Notes under the pieces: model-generated
The model's input: only the letters and a program-made list of their open reading frames with translations
Databases searched by the model: none
Told to the model about the DNA's origin: nothing
NCBI GenBank assembly: GCA_964016885.1
Contig: OZ024741.1
Span: 57,784,001-57,848,000, forward strand
DNA: 64,000 nt
DNA from: Eledone cirrhosa
Taxonomy: Eukaryota
Direction: 5' to 3'
Position numbers and translations under genes: made by a program
Shown here: one piece after another, positions 1-13,070 of the stretch
How the letters are laid out: every line of letters begins with the position of its first letter
Numbering within the stretch: the first letter of the stretch is position 1

Positions 1-405
1 GTTGGTATTTGAATAAGTGACATTACAGTAAACATAGGAAACACTGAAGTAATACAATTTAGAAGGACATTGAAGTTATAACTTTAATATGTCTTGTTAC
101 TTAGAACAACTAATTCCACACTTCTATTGGATACAACTGCCGCTGGGAACTACAATACCAACACACCTATATTCTTACATTCATTAACAACAACAACTTT
201 TATTCTATTAACTCTTTAACTTTTAACATTCTGTTTTACATGACACCACATTAACAAAACATTTTTGAAAAGCACTATTGACTGCAGTGACTGCAGTGTA
301 CTAAAAATGGTTTTACTCGAATATTGCAAATTGTAACAACAATCTGTCTATTAGTAAAAATGCTATAAACATTTCAATTAACAAACGTACTTTTAGATAT
401 GTTAA

Positions 406-626
406 CCCTTTAGCATTTAAACTGGCCATATCTGGCTAGAATTCTCTCACCTCTTTCTGTTCAAAGAGGCTGTAACTTGCCAATGATACCTATGTTTAGG
501 TATTATTCTCAAAATAAATAATGCGAAAATCTCATAGATTCAATATTATGTGAGATAATTATGTGAGATAAAGCCTTTATTGTGAAAATACAATACTAAA
601 TATAGAGTAATGTAAATGTTAAAGGG
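406..626. mobile_element. piggyBac-type MITE
   Basis: TTAA-CCCTTTAGCATTTA...TAAATGTTAAAGGG-TTAA. Confidence 0.8.
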
Positions 627-654
627 TTAAGGCTTAACAACACTAACCGTTTGA

Positions 655-908
655 CCCTTTTGACACTAGCCAGCATGAAACCACCCCAAGTTCTATAATA
701 CAGATTTGCCTGTTTTAAAGTGTTCATATTTATCTTAAAACTTTCCATCGTAATTTTATGAAAGAAATTTTGATTAGATTATGTTCAAAACACCAGCTTA
801 ATAATGAGAAAGTTAGATGTATTATTAAATTAATCCAAAATGATTGTTTTCAAAATTAATTGAAACATACTGGTAGTGTCTTTCATTAGTAATATAGTAA
901 CAAAAGGG
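655..908. mobile_element. Second piggyBac-type MITE, older
   Basis: TTGA-CCCTTTTGACACTA...TAGTAACAAAAGGG-CTAA (decayed TTAA TSD). Confidence 0.65.
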
Positions 909-1294
909 CTAATTTCTAAAGAATGATGAAAGACAAACAGATGAATTGAAGTTGAAATATACACTTTTAATATAATACTATTGACATCAGTGAAGGTGCA
1001 TGACCTAGTGGTTAAAGTGTTGGAATCATGGCCATGAGGTCATTGGTTCAATTCCTGGACCACACTTGGTGACAATAAGCAAATAGATTATTGGAATAGC
1101 GCAAATATCTTACAATGCCTCATAATATCTATTTAATTTTTTTCTTATACTATATCCAATCTGTTTATTTTCTTTCAAACTTTTCTCCCTGTATCTATTC
1201 ATGTGTGTGTGAGTGTGGGTACACACACACATATATATATATATATGTATGTGTGTATGTATGTCTGTATGTATGAAGGAAAACTGATATAACA

Positions 1295-1648
1295 CCTGCA
1301 ACCCTGATGGTATCCAATGATGTTGACTTGTTCTTCTTTTTGGTAAATATCATCTTGGTTAAGAGAGTGGGACTGGCTTTGTGCAGTGCCTTTGCTCACT
1401 ATAAAAGTTTCACGGCACAGGCATTGCTATATATCTGGAGATCTCTCTGCACTTGTCGTCACATGGTACCTTGGGCCCAGCACTATGTGTCAATAATTGT
1501 CACAAGTGTAGTGTTTGTACCAGAGTTTTCAAGTCGCTGGCTGGACTAAAAAGTCACACTCGTTCAGCGCATCCATAGGGGTTCTCCTACATGGATATAA
1601 AGTAGTGGCCGTACTCAAAAACGAGTTGGCAGCCACCATGTATGTATG
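1295..1648 (+). mobile_element. Copy of the same non-autonomous retroposon (3' part)
   Basis: Highly similar to the reverse complement of 31312-31680 (ORF 1307-1549 nearly equals ORF 31360-31653). Confidence 0.8.
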
Positions 1649-1649
1649 T

Positions 1650-1867
1650 GGGAGAAGATTCAACTATCTATGATTACACGCTAAAACCAAATCAGGGAAT
1701 AATGACGAAAAGCACATGTGGTTTTTAAAAAACACATCACCCCGCTGTCAAGCCAATGGCGTGAATAGGGTTATTGGCAGCTAGAAATATCAGCTGAGTC
1801 CTTTGTGTTTTTTGTCATTATTCTCTGATTTGCTTTTAGCATGTCATAGATAGCTAAATCGCCTCCT
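1650..1867. mobile_element. MITE/foldback with ~65-bp imperfect TIRs
   Basis: GGAGAAGATTCAACTATCTATGA..AAATCAGGGAATAATGAC pairs with GTCATTATTCTCTGATTT..TCATAGATAGCTAAATCGCCTCC. Confidence 0.7.
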
Positions 1868-2848
1868 TTGCCACTGATCCAAGATTTGACATCTATGATT
1901 CACCAATTAATGGTGGAATATATTTCTTCAATGGAATATATACAAAGGAGATTAATCATTATTGCAAGGTATCTATAGTCAAGGTTCTTTTAATTTTTAA
2001 TATGTTACCCCTGCAACTATGTGTGTTTACACTCTTTACAAATTATCCCCTGTAATTGTTTGATGTGTTCATTTTATATATATATGTCATTCGACTTTTA
2101 ATTTAATGTTAATAAATGCTCAGATTTATTACTTAGAATCTTTGAGCTTATTCCACAGGTGATATGGCGTATGCTTCTGATATTCTCAGACATGGCAACT
2201 TTAATCTAATTTTGGTAGTATATATATATATATCATCATCATTACCGTTTTACGTCCGTTCTTCCATGCTAGCATGGGTTATATATATATATATATATAA
2301 TAGGGAATTTTCATAAACTTTCAATTTTTAATGTTTTCTTTTGCTGACATTAACTTTAGCAGCTTTTTGCTTTAGCTCTAGCTCATCAAATCTTCTCTAC
2401 CCTTCTTTCTCTCTCCTCTTTTCTTCCCCTCCCCTCAGAATTGCTATTCCATATCAGTACGTGCCTCCCAACCACTATCATTATACTTTTTTCACCCCAC
2501 AAGGAATCCAACATTAAAGACCGATCAGCTAAGATCAGCTCATTAAAGACCGATCAGCTAAGATCGATACTGTTTTTATTTATTTATTTATTTCTCAGTC
2601 AATTTCATAAGGTTCTGTCTTTTTAATGTTTTGTTTTGCCAACATTTACTTTAGCAGCTCCTTGCTTTAATATCACCACATAGTTCCCACCCACTGCCTA
2701 TCAGCCACCTTCTTGTCCGTTATTTGTCAAACATGGCCTTTTATCTCTCTTTTCCACCACCTTCATGTCTGTTGCTTCGTGTCTGTTCCTACTTAGCCTC
2801 TTACATCACCAATGTCAATTCACTAATCTGCAGACTATTGCTGCCCAA

Positions 2849-3239
2849 TCATCATCATCATCATCATCTTTTACATCTGCTTTTCCCTGCTTGCAAGGGT
2901 GGGACGAGAACTGATTCTGGCTTGATTTCTACAGCTGGATGCCCTTCTTAACACCAACCTCATTTACAGTGAGTGCTGGGTGTTTTTTTCCGTGGCACCT
3001 ACACGTACACTTTACAGTGTGGGCTGGGTGCTTTTTTGCCGTGGCACCTCCACGACCACTTTGCAGTGGAATGATAGGGACCCCAGTCCCTATCACCTCA
3101 TTTTTACAGGTGAGTAAACTGGAGCAATGGGAAATAAAGTGTCTTGCTCAAGGAAGCAACATATCACCCGGTCTGAGAATTGAACTCATAACCTTTCGAT
3201 TGCAAGGCCAATGCTCTAACCATTAAGCCATGTGCCTCC
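2849..3239 (-). mobile_element. tRNA-derived CORE-type SINE with RTE-derived 3' tail
   Basis: Head GGAGGCACATGGCTTAATGG (A box) ... GAGTTCAATTC (B box); CORE-like CCTTGAGCAAGACACTT; tail shared with the RTE 3' UTR, ending (GAT)n. Confidence 0.85.
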
Positions 3240-3838
3240 ATGTAGATGAATATCTAAGAGAGCAGTTGTTCTGAGTAAAATAACATTGAAATTGCACAGG
3301 GCAAATGTTGAGCTTTGTAAGTCATTGAAAAGGCAAACTGTCTAGGTTGGGAGAAACTCCAATTATAAATAACTCCCAGGGACAGACGTGAACTCTGTAA
3401 GCTGTAGTGAAGGCAACCTCTCTAGGAGAGTAGACATTCCAAATAAAAACTTATATAGAGTGGAGAGGACTCTTGAGTTCAGTAAGACAACCTTTCTAGT
3501 GCTAGAGACAGAAATATTGCAGCCAGTCGACACTGTAAAGATGTTGGTGATAGGAAGGGAATCAAGCCAGATAAACTTTGCCAAAAATATGAAAACCACA
3601 ACATATAAAATTTACACTAATTGTCATGTTAGTACTACTGCACACAGTAGTCTTGTGGCTAGAGTTGCCATGTGCAAGAACCCTTCAACCATCATCAAGC
3701 AATCGCTCAGCATTTTACACTTACAATATTTGTTTCAACACACGATTTCATATAAAAAAACCTTGCAAAACAAATATGTACATAGATATATATATGTATA
3801 GTTGTATGCACATGGTAAAAAACAGCATGTCCGATATA

Positions 3839-3871
<33 letters not shown>

Positions 3872-4321
3872 CATCATCATCATCATCATCATCATCATTT
3901 TACGTCCGCTTTTCCCTGCTTATATATATATATAAACAAGGTGTTGTCTCGAAAATATAAATATATTTCTTATTTCTTTCTGAACTCCTGTTATCACATG
4001 TAGATATGATATGTATTCAAACCATCAATACCCACAAAAGGATACACAAACAAGAAGACAAAAGACATACACAATCATACTGAACCGGAAATCAGTGTGA
4101 CGTTAATAACAATAATATGGCCGTTCTAACTAGAAATTAATACATAGCGAACTTTAGATGTGAGAAGGTAGAAGGAGAAGAGGTTGAGGAGGAAGAAACA
4201 TAGTTGTATGTAAGTAATAATACATCGATACCTCCATGTAATTGTAACACGAGGATTGAATGCAAGAAAGACAATTAGAAAACATGCATATACATTTCCA
4301 GTGTATTTTTCAGACAAAATG

Positions 4322-4362
4322 TTATATATGTATATATACATGTATGTGGTATGTGTGTGTGA

Positions 4363-4427
<65 letters not shown>

Positions 4428-4535
4428 TAAATACATATATATATACACACACACACATATATATATAAGAATATATATATATATATATTTATACATACAC
4501 ACATATACATATGCATATATACACATATATGTATA

Positions 4536-4613
<78 letters not shown>

Positions 4614-4629
4614 TATGTATATATATAAG

Positions 4630-4662
<33 letters not shown>

Positions 4663-4674
4663 GTATATATATAA

Positions 4675-4752
<78 letters not shown>

Positions 4753-4764
4753 GTATATATATAA

Positions 4765-4817
<53 letters not shown>

Positions 4818-4874
4818 CACATATATATATACACATACACACACATATTTATATACATGCACACATAACATATG

Positions 4875-4905
<31 letters not shown>

Positions 4906-5097
4906 CTGTTTGTATTATTACTATACATTGCATGCATTATACTACCAATACATTATATACATATATATCATCATCATTATAATCATTCTTTTATGTCTGT
5001 TTTTACATGCTGGCATGGCTTTGTTTGCATTGTATAATCATATCTACAATCATCATCATTGTTTCTATGTCAGCTTTTCTATGTATGCCTATATATG

Positions 5098-5161
<64 letters not shown>

Positions 5162-5420
5162 CACATACATGCATGTACACAGACACTCACAGCTATATTA
5201 TCTAAGTTTGTGTCTTGATATCATTAAGTTGTTGCTGTGTACTCACAGGGTCAACACACACACACACACACACACATGCACACACACATACACACACACA
5301 CGTCCCCCACACACACAGACACACATGCACATACAGGCATAGAAACTCACACACTGACACACATAGACCCCCCCCACTCACACATCCGACACACATACCA
5401 ATACACATATAATAGGCTGT
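4322..5420. repeat. Compound (TA)n/(CA)n microsatellite field
   Basis: Direct observation. Similar tracts at 7764, 15130, 17145, 21440, 25321, 26861, 31920, 33806, 41164, 47218, 58708 (CTA)n, 61208 (TGTGG)n, 63226 and 63720. Confidence 0.95.
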
Positions 5421-6699
5421 CCATGTCACCATCAATAACAATATTTCTCACATTATATTGATGACAGATCTCCCCTCATTGATGAATATAGATAAACAAG
5501 TATTTTTCAAACATTTTAGTAAAATAAATATTGTCCCTTATTTCACTATCTTTGGCTATTGTAACAAACAGAGTTGTTAGTCAATGTGTACATAGCTAGG
5601 GTTTACATCAGGCTAGTAAAAGGAAACAGCCACAATTAGTCATGACAACTACTCTAGGGTTGATGACATGATGAAATACACCTTGTATACTCTGTAACAT
5701 TGTTCATGTTAGGAAGTAAATGCAGCTGTAGAAAAAGGGTAGAGAGGATTCTCCAGTTGTCTCAGAGACATGACAATCTCTTTAGTGTTGGTGCCATGAA
5801 AATGCACCCAGGGCACACTGATGAAGGAAAAAAAGATAGACAGAAGAAAAGAAAGAGAGAAGAAGAAGAAGAAGAAGAAGAAGAAGAAAGAGAGAGAGAG
5901 TGTGTGTATGTGGGGACGTATGCAAGTGAGATGCAGGTTGCCTAACCCGTCTGAGAGGTCAGAAGCTCTGATTAATACTAATTTGGTTTGTAACAACCTA
6001 GCCAACCCTTGCTAGTAGGGGAAAATAGACATAAAATAATGATAATTCAATTGTTTGCATTACATAGGAAGTCTCATATATATATATATATAGAGAGAGA
6101 GAGAGGGTACATGAAAACATATATAATACATTTAGATACAATAAAGATATGGGAGCCTCACTGCCAAAGAGAAATATTTTTTCTTGATTTTCCTCCGTGA
6201 ATATATCAGAGTAGCCAGTAGGTTTTAAAAATGTCATACATTGCTGTTTTAAGATTTGTTAATCTTTCACCAATGACACTCACCCAAACCATACTGGCAT
6301 GAAATAGACTCGAGTCTATATAGAATTTTGCGTGATGATCATTTGCTGGAGATGCTCATTTGCATATAGTAGATAGAAAACATCACCTGAAATGCTCATT
6401 TACATATAGTGCAAGCTTAGAGATTCAGTGGGGCACTGTGTGTAACAAAGATGGTTCTTTGAATTATAGAAACAAGTGTACTCTTAATGTACTTCTCAGG
6501 GAGATTCAGTGGGCCACTGCTGTGTGACAAATTTTTGACTATTTTGTCATGTTGCACAGTGACAATGATTAACTGTTATAGAGAAACAAAATTTATTGCT
6601 ACACAGTTATGGTAATGACAGCCATATGTAGTGGTGTGTTTGTGTTGGTTTTAGTCTTTATTGTCACACAGCCACAATAACTATATCAATAACTGTATC

Positions 6700-7160
6700 A
6701 GCCTGGGTTGATGCCCTACTCGTGGCTAAAGTTGGTGGCTTATTCAGTTTGGATGAACTTCGTGTCTCCATTGCCCTCAGAGTTGGAGCTAACATCTGTA
6801 TGGGTCTGAGGTGTCGATGTGGCAAACTCCTCGACTCCACGGGCCTCCACGGTCTTTCTTGCTGCCTGAATGCTGGTCGTGTCATACGGAGCTAAATCTT
6901 ATTCTCAAGAGAGCTTTGGCCTGGCAAACATCCCCTCAATCTTGGAACCATCCGGGTTGTCCAGAATTGATGGGAAAAGATCTGACGGCGCTACTCTGTG
7001 CCTTACATCTTCCAGCTTGTGGCATTTGAGATGTTTGGGGGAGTCAAGCTACTGATTGCGAGATTCCTATCTTCACTGGTGACTCGCCTAACAGAGGTTC
7101 CAGTGCATCAGCCTCACTATAACCTGAGGTAATGCTGCGAGTGTGCTGGCTTGCCTCAAA
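6700..7160 (+). mobile_element. CRE-like RLE non-LTR retrotransposon C-terminal fragment, decayed
   Basis: Frameshifted translation AWVDAL..RVSIALRVG..CRCG..GLHGLSC..HTELN..LEPSGLSRIDGKRSDG..GNAASVL, typical of CRE-type RLE elements; A-rich tract at ~7553. Confidence 0.7.
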
Positions 7161-7760
7161 AATTATTTGAGAGGTTTTCCAGTGCTAATCGCGATACTGT
7201 TATCTTTTACTCTGGTAGCGGTTCGGCTGTCCATCCCTTTTGCCTGCCTTTCGTTGTATGTGGTCCCAAATGTGTGTGCTAACCGCTTCTGTGTTTTTTT
7301 AATTTTCTTTTTCTTTTCCTTTCTGTTTTTTTTCTGTTTTTCTTTTCCTTTATATTATATTTGTTTGTGCTTTTGTTCTGTAAGCATTGTATTATTATTT
7401 CAGTTGTTTAAGTAAAGTTATTTGAAATATAATACTAATATTTATATCAAATAGACCTTAAGTTTTGCCTACAAAACAACTTAAATACAGCCACATTATA
7501 TCAAACAGATTTTAATACATTATTAATTTTCAATAAATTGTCAACTGGTTACAAAAAAAAAAAAAAAAAAATAGAGAACATAGTACTGGTAAGATTAGAA
7601 CTCAGATTTATCAAATAGTACATTAGACAATGTAGGAAAGGATATGATGGCCTTTAACTTCTTGTGGAGTCGTAGGGGCACCATCTTGATACACACCAAG
7701 TCTTAGGCATATAAAATCTGATGACAGGGACCATCCTCTGAAGGCGTAAACACAACCGAG

Positions 7761-7839
<79 letters not shown>

Positions 7840-9256
7840 TGAGAGATATAGACAGATAGATATATATATATATAGAGAGAGAGCGAGAGAGAGAGAAGGA
7901 GAAAATCGTTCCCAGTATTTTATTTCACTGGTACTTTATCAACTCTGAAAAAAAAAGAAGCAAAGTTGACCTCAGCAGGATTTGAACCAGACAAATACTG
8001 AGACATTTAATCTGCCGCCCTAACCGCTCTGTCAATTCACTGTCTTACACTAGACAAGAAGTATATCTTTAATGCTAACTTTTTCTAATCTCTACGCCAA
8101 CGCAATTGAATCTAAATAAGAATAGATGATAAGTGGTAGCAATCTTGCGTTTTTAGTAATGTTTTCTTATTTACATTGTTTACAGGGAAACGCGACCTAA
8201 AATGTGACACTGAGAAGATAACATTGATTATTGTCTACAATGAGATTATTAATGCACACCAAGTTAAATATATATATCATCCACAGAAATGTATGTTATT
8301 AAGCAATACATCTTTGTGAATTTCTATATAGATCTCAGGATCGATAAGCTGGAGATATTAGGCTTTTATATCCACTAACAACTTATCTATATATTGTCAA
8401 TTTTTCATCTATATAACCAACATACACACACTTGCAGTTATATGGGGAAACTAACTACACATACATGTATATATCTAGGTGTTTCTCTTTTTCTATCACT
8501 CCCTCGTTACACACACATATATATATATATATAGATATATATTAATTTGAGTTAATAGGGTTTTGTTTTAACTGTTATTACTGTTTTTGATAATTTGTGA
8601 AGAATTTTAATGAAATGTCGATTCAATTAAACATCCAGGAAATATTTCTCTAGATCTTTTTTTCTTAATTCAACTTATTTAGAAAGAAATGTGATGGATG
8701 TAAGATATGAACACTTCAATCTAGTTGTTGGGGAAATTGGAGTGATGGAATAAAAGGGTCTCTTCCTGAAATAAACAGTTCCACATGAAATTATAGAAGG
8801 ACAAAGAGCTCTTTGATAATCTGCATGAACTCACAAGAGAGATGAAATTTATTAGTGTTACTATCATTGAATTATCTTTTAATTTTCAATTAAGAGAAGG
8901 ATGCCTGATATACAATTTGAGAATGTATATAGTTTTCTAACGAAGAAAAGAATCTGTAACCAATTAAATATATAGACGGGAAGAAATGGAACACGAGAAG
9001 TTCTTTAATTATGTTATTCAATCAACGCATATATTTGGAAGTTGAATTCTAAATATAATTAATAATCTGAACTAAGGCAAGGGAATGTAGTAAGTGGGCC
9101 AATATTTGTGACTGCTTTATACAGTTCTTGTGATATAATCAACACTTCTACAGGATGGACATCTTGATGTAGATGTCTGGGATACCTTTAAAGTTAATTA
9201 GAATTCTCTAGAATATAAATTGAAATTATACAACTGGAATATATAGATATTTGTTT

Positions 9257-9580
9257 GCCATGAATAAAACTGCCCAGTAGACTCTGTAAAGTCAGAGTGG
9301 TGGTTCCATGAAAAAACTCACCCAGTTTACTCTGTAAAGTGGAAGTAATGTGCCATGGCAAAAACGCACTTAGTTCTCTCTGTAAAGTTGTAGTGGTGGT
9401 GCCATGAAAAAAATCACACCTAGTTTACTCTGTAAAGTGGTAGTAGGGATGCCATGACAAAAACGCACCTAGTTCCTTCAGTAAAGCTGTAGTGGTGGTG
9501 CCATGAATAAACACACCCAGTACACCCTGTAAAGTGGTTGCTGGTGTGCCATGAAAAAAGCACCCAGTACTCCTTGAAAG
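9257..9580 (+). repeat. Minisatellite of ~7 x ~48-bp units derived from the RTE/SINE 3' UTR repeat
   Basis: Unit GCCATGAAAAAA..CACCCAGT..ACTCTGTAAAGTGG, followed by a decayed RTE tail to ~9670. Confidence 0.75.
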
Positions 9581-10164
9581 ATGGTTGACTTCAAGAAGGA
9601 CACTCAACCATAGAAATCATGCCAAATATAGACAACCCATGGCAGCATGGTAGATGGATGTAAAATGATGTAAAATATTGATTTGAACCTAATTTGAGGT
9701 CGTTTTTATTATGTATAGCCAAGAATGTCACTTAGCTTTAACATAATTTAACTTAAGTAGCTAGATTTATATGTACTTATCTGAGTTTTAAATTTGCTAA
9801 GTGAATAATGATCACTATTTGATCATAATTTCTGTTCATGGAAAGTGCTGATCCTTGCTTGGCAAGGTAATAAAGGTAATGAGAACAGTGTTAATTATGA
9901 TTACATACACATTATAGTTATTATATAAATCTATATTATGGATGGAGGCACAGATGATTGTTTAGGAAGCTTGCTTCACAATCAATACGCCTAGGGTTTG
10001 ATCCAGGTACTTGGCCTTGTGAGTAAAATTAGGTAGATAGAAACCGTGCAGTTGTCTGTTGGATCGATTGTACCCATAATTTCACATATTTTGTCATGTT
10101 GATTTGGTTTAAGAATTACTTTCAAGGTACGTAAGTCTGTGGAATATTCAACCACTTAATAATG

Positions 10165-11415
10165 ATTTCTACTATAGACACAAGGCCAATTTGGGGAGTG
10201 GAAAACCAGTGTGTTACTGGTACTTTATTTTATCGACCCCATAAGGATGAAAAGCAAAGCTAACCTTGGTGGGATTTGAACTCAGAACGCAAAGGGCCGT
10301 AACTCTATGCCTCAAAGCATGTTGTCCAATGCTCTAATGATACTGTCAATAAAACCATTTACGTAATAATTGTTTCTACTTTTGGCACAAGGCCAGCAAT
10401 TATCCCAGTGCATTACTGGTACTTTATTTTATCGACCCCCGTATGGATGAAAGGCAAAGTTAACCTCAGCGGGATTTGAACTCAGACCATAAAGGGCCGT
10501 AACTCTTTGCTGCAAAGCATGGCATCCGGCCTTCTACCGATACTGCCAATCCACCCCCCATTTACGTAATAATTGTTTCTACTTTTGGCACAAGGCCAGC
10601 AATTACCCAGTGCTTTACTGGTACTTTATTTTATCGACCCCGTAAGGATGAAAGACAAAGTTAACCTCAATGGGATTTGAACTCAGACTGTAAAGGGACG
10701 TAACTATGCTGAAAAGCATGGCGTCTGACCCTCTACCGATACTGCCAATTCACCCCCCATTTACATAATAATTGTTTCTACTTTTGGCACAAGGCCAGCA
10801 ATTACCCAGTACATAACATGGAGGCACATGGCTTAGTGGTTAGAGCATTGGCCTTGCAATCGAAAGGTTGTGAGTTCAATTCTCAGACCGGGTGATGTGT
10901 TGTTTCCTTGAGCAAGACACTTTATTTCACATTGCTCCAGTTTACTCAGCTGTAGAAATGAGATGATAGGGACTGGGGTCCCTATCATTCCACTGCAAAG
11001 TGGTCGTGGAGGTGCCACGGCAAAAAAGCACCCAGCACTCACTGTAAATGAGGTTGGTGTTAGGAAGGGCATCCAGCTGTAGAAATAAAGCCAGAATCAG
11101 TTCCTGTCCCACCCTTGCAAGCAAGGAAAAAGTGGACATAAAATGAAATGATGATGATGAAATGATAACTGGTACTTTATTTTATCGACCCCGTAAGGAT
11201 GAAAGGCAAAGTTAGCCTATAATAATTGTTTCTACTTTAGGCACAAGGCCAGCAATTACCCAGTACATTACTGGTACTTTATTTTATCGACCCCGTAAGG
11301 ATGAAAGGCAAAGTTAACCTCGACGGGATTTGAACTCAGACCGTAAAGGGACGTAACTATGCTGGAAAGCATGGCGTCCGACTCTCTACCGATACTGCCA
11401 ATCCACCGCCCTATA
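10165..11415 (-). mobile_element. Head-to-tail array (~5 units, ~200 bp) of a second tRNA-like SINE with (ATT)n tail
   Basis: Repeated unit with GGATTGGCAG..GAGTTCAAATCC (A/B-box-like), TTTGCCTTTCATCCTTACGGGGTCGATAAA, and end GTAGAAACAATTATT. Confidence 0.8.
10820..11166 (+). mobile_element. CORE-type SINE inserted in an array of the second SINE family
   Basis: Same sequence as 2849-3239; splits ACCCAGTACA/ACTGGTAC of the host SINE. Confidence 0.85.
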
Positions 11416-12216
11416 ATAATACAAGATGGATTGTACCGCTAATCCAAAGGTCCAGCTTTGTGACATATTGTGTCACATTGATTCAGTTAGAGAATTGCAT
11501 TAAAGGTACACATGTCTATGGAATATTAAATCATTTACAGTTAATTTGAGTTGGATGGATATTCAGTCACTTGATTTAAAAAGTGAATCCTCATTGTCAA
11601 AACCAACCAAGAGTTCATCATCTGTATTTTATTACACTCCAGATTTTCATTTAAGTACAGTAACTTTAGTGTGGAGAGAACATGCAGAATTGTGGAGTAA
11701 AAACTGAAGCTGTTACATTCAGTAGTAGAAGGAATTTGTCTAAAGTGGCATGCAATGGGACTCAACATGAAACATGTGGTTGCGAAGTGAACTCTTTAGC
11801 CACACAGCCATGCCAGCTATATAAAGGTCATTCCTTTTCTTTATACATGGATGAATTCAGCATGAAAACTTATCGTATAAATTCAAATATAAGCTGATTG
11901 GAATATAAGCCAACCTCTTATATTATGTCTGAGAAATAGATAAAAATCCCAACCCCATTTATAAGCCAAGGTAGCTATTCAACAAATTATGTTTAGCTGA
12001 TGCAGTTTTGAAATTCTCATTAGTGGAGAATATATTTATGAAGTTTAAATATTTTAATATTTACAATGTTCTACATGTCATTTAGAATATAACTTTTGTT
12101 TCACAACAATTTCTGACTGTTTTCAAAGCCATATTCATTCAAAATTGATCAAAAACAAATTTCATGTCAAAAGTGATACCAATGTAATATTCACCTCCAA
12201 AGTGAAACTGGTGTAA

Positions 12217-12668
12217 TATTTCACCCAAAAGTAAAACTGGTGTTAAATTCACCTCCAAAACGAAAATATTTTAGCACCTCATTACACATATATTCAAATA
12301 TATACGGTATGTTATATGAGGAAATGTAATAAGCCATGTGGTTAGGGTGTTCAGCTTATGTTCATAAATGAACAGAGATGCCCTCTGTCTCCTCTTTTTC
12401 ATCTCTAGAAGTATTTTAACTGATTCTCTCAATTATTATTCATAATGATTGACTATTGTCAATTTTCAAACTTCCCCAATGTTTCTTAAATCAACAGTTG
12501 TTTATATATATATATATATATGATCATAAGCTAAACACCCTAACCACATAGCTTATTACATTTCCTCATATAACATACCGTATATATTTGAATATATGTG
12601 TAATGAGGTGCTAAAATATTTTCACTTTGGAGGTGAATTTAACACCAGTTTTACTTTGGGGTGAAATA
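12217..12668. repeat. ~150-bp local inverted duplication with ~150-bp spacer
   Basis: 12217-12366 is the reverse complement of 12519-12668 with few mismatches. Confidence 0.85.
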
Positions 12669-12675
12669 TATATAT

Positions 12676-13022
12676 GATGGCTGCCCCCTCGTTATCGAGT
12701 ATGACCATTGCACGATTTAACATTATTAATAATTATTAATTAATGCTATCGTGCAATGCCTGTGCATGAAGATTTTTTTTTAAAGTGAGGAAAGACTGTC
12801 CACTGAGCCAATCCCACTCTCTGAGCGACAGTAGCTATAACCCGAAAAAAAGAGAAGATCAACATCATCAGTAACTACTGAGCTGCAGGTTTTATGTTGG
12901 AGTTATCCCAGTTTTCTGAGTTGCCTTCTCCTAGAAGATGCCCTGACAAAGGATAGGGGTCCTTCACTCCCAGTGGTTTAACCGCGTGATCAGGTAACCA
13001 GCCCAATTATTTCTATGTTCCC
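12676..13022 (-). mobile_element. Non-autonomous RTE-derived retroposon
   Basis: Begins ATGATGGCTGCCCCCTCGTTATCGAGTATG on +, as at 28000; homologous to 17455-17770. Confidence 0.75.
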
Positions 13023-13070
13023 GCGCATATACATACACATGCATACATGTATATACATATATGTATATAT

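Noticed and set aside
2512-2575. 29-bp tandem duplication with hammerhead-like hairpin (TTAAAGA..CGATC..GATCGATA)
   Set aside because: Both catalytic boxes are degenerate, so a ribozyme cannot be supported.
3388-3801. 137-aa ORF
   Set aside because: It is a chance read-through across decayed RTE-tail, unique and Penelope fragments, with no coherent domain.
4126-5461. Long ORFs of YI/HT/CV repeats (also near 25.2, 26.8, 31.8, 47.2 and 63.7 kb)
   Set aside because: They are translations of stop-free dinucleotide microsatellites, not proteins.
7715-7752. Hammerhead-like CTGATGA..GAAG
   Set aside because: The GAAA core is mutated and there is no convincing stem I; at best a dead remnant.
10820-10895. 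tRNA-like sequence (A/B boxes, TGC in a loop)
   Set aside because: It is a SINE head: the cloverleaf is imperfect and it continues into core and LINE-derived tail in several copies.
10165-11415. Regularly spaced repeats resembling a CRISPR array
   Set aside because: Units are ~200-bp whole SINE copies without unique spacers; no cas genes; eukaryotic context.
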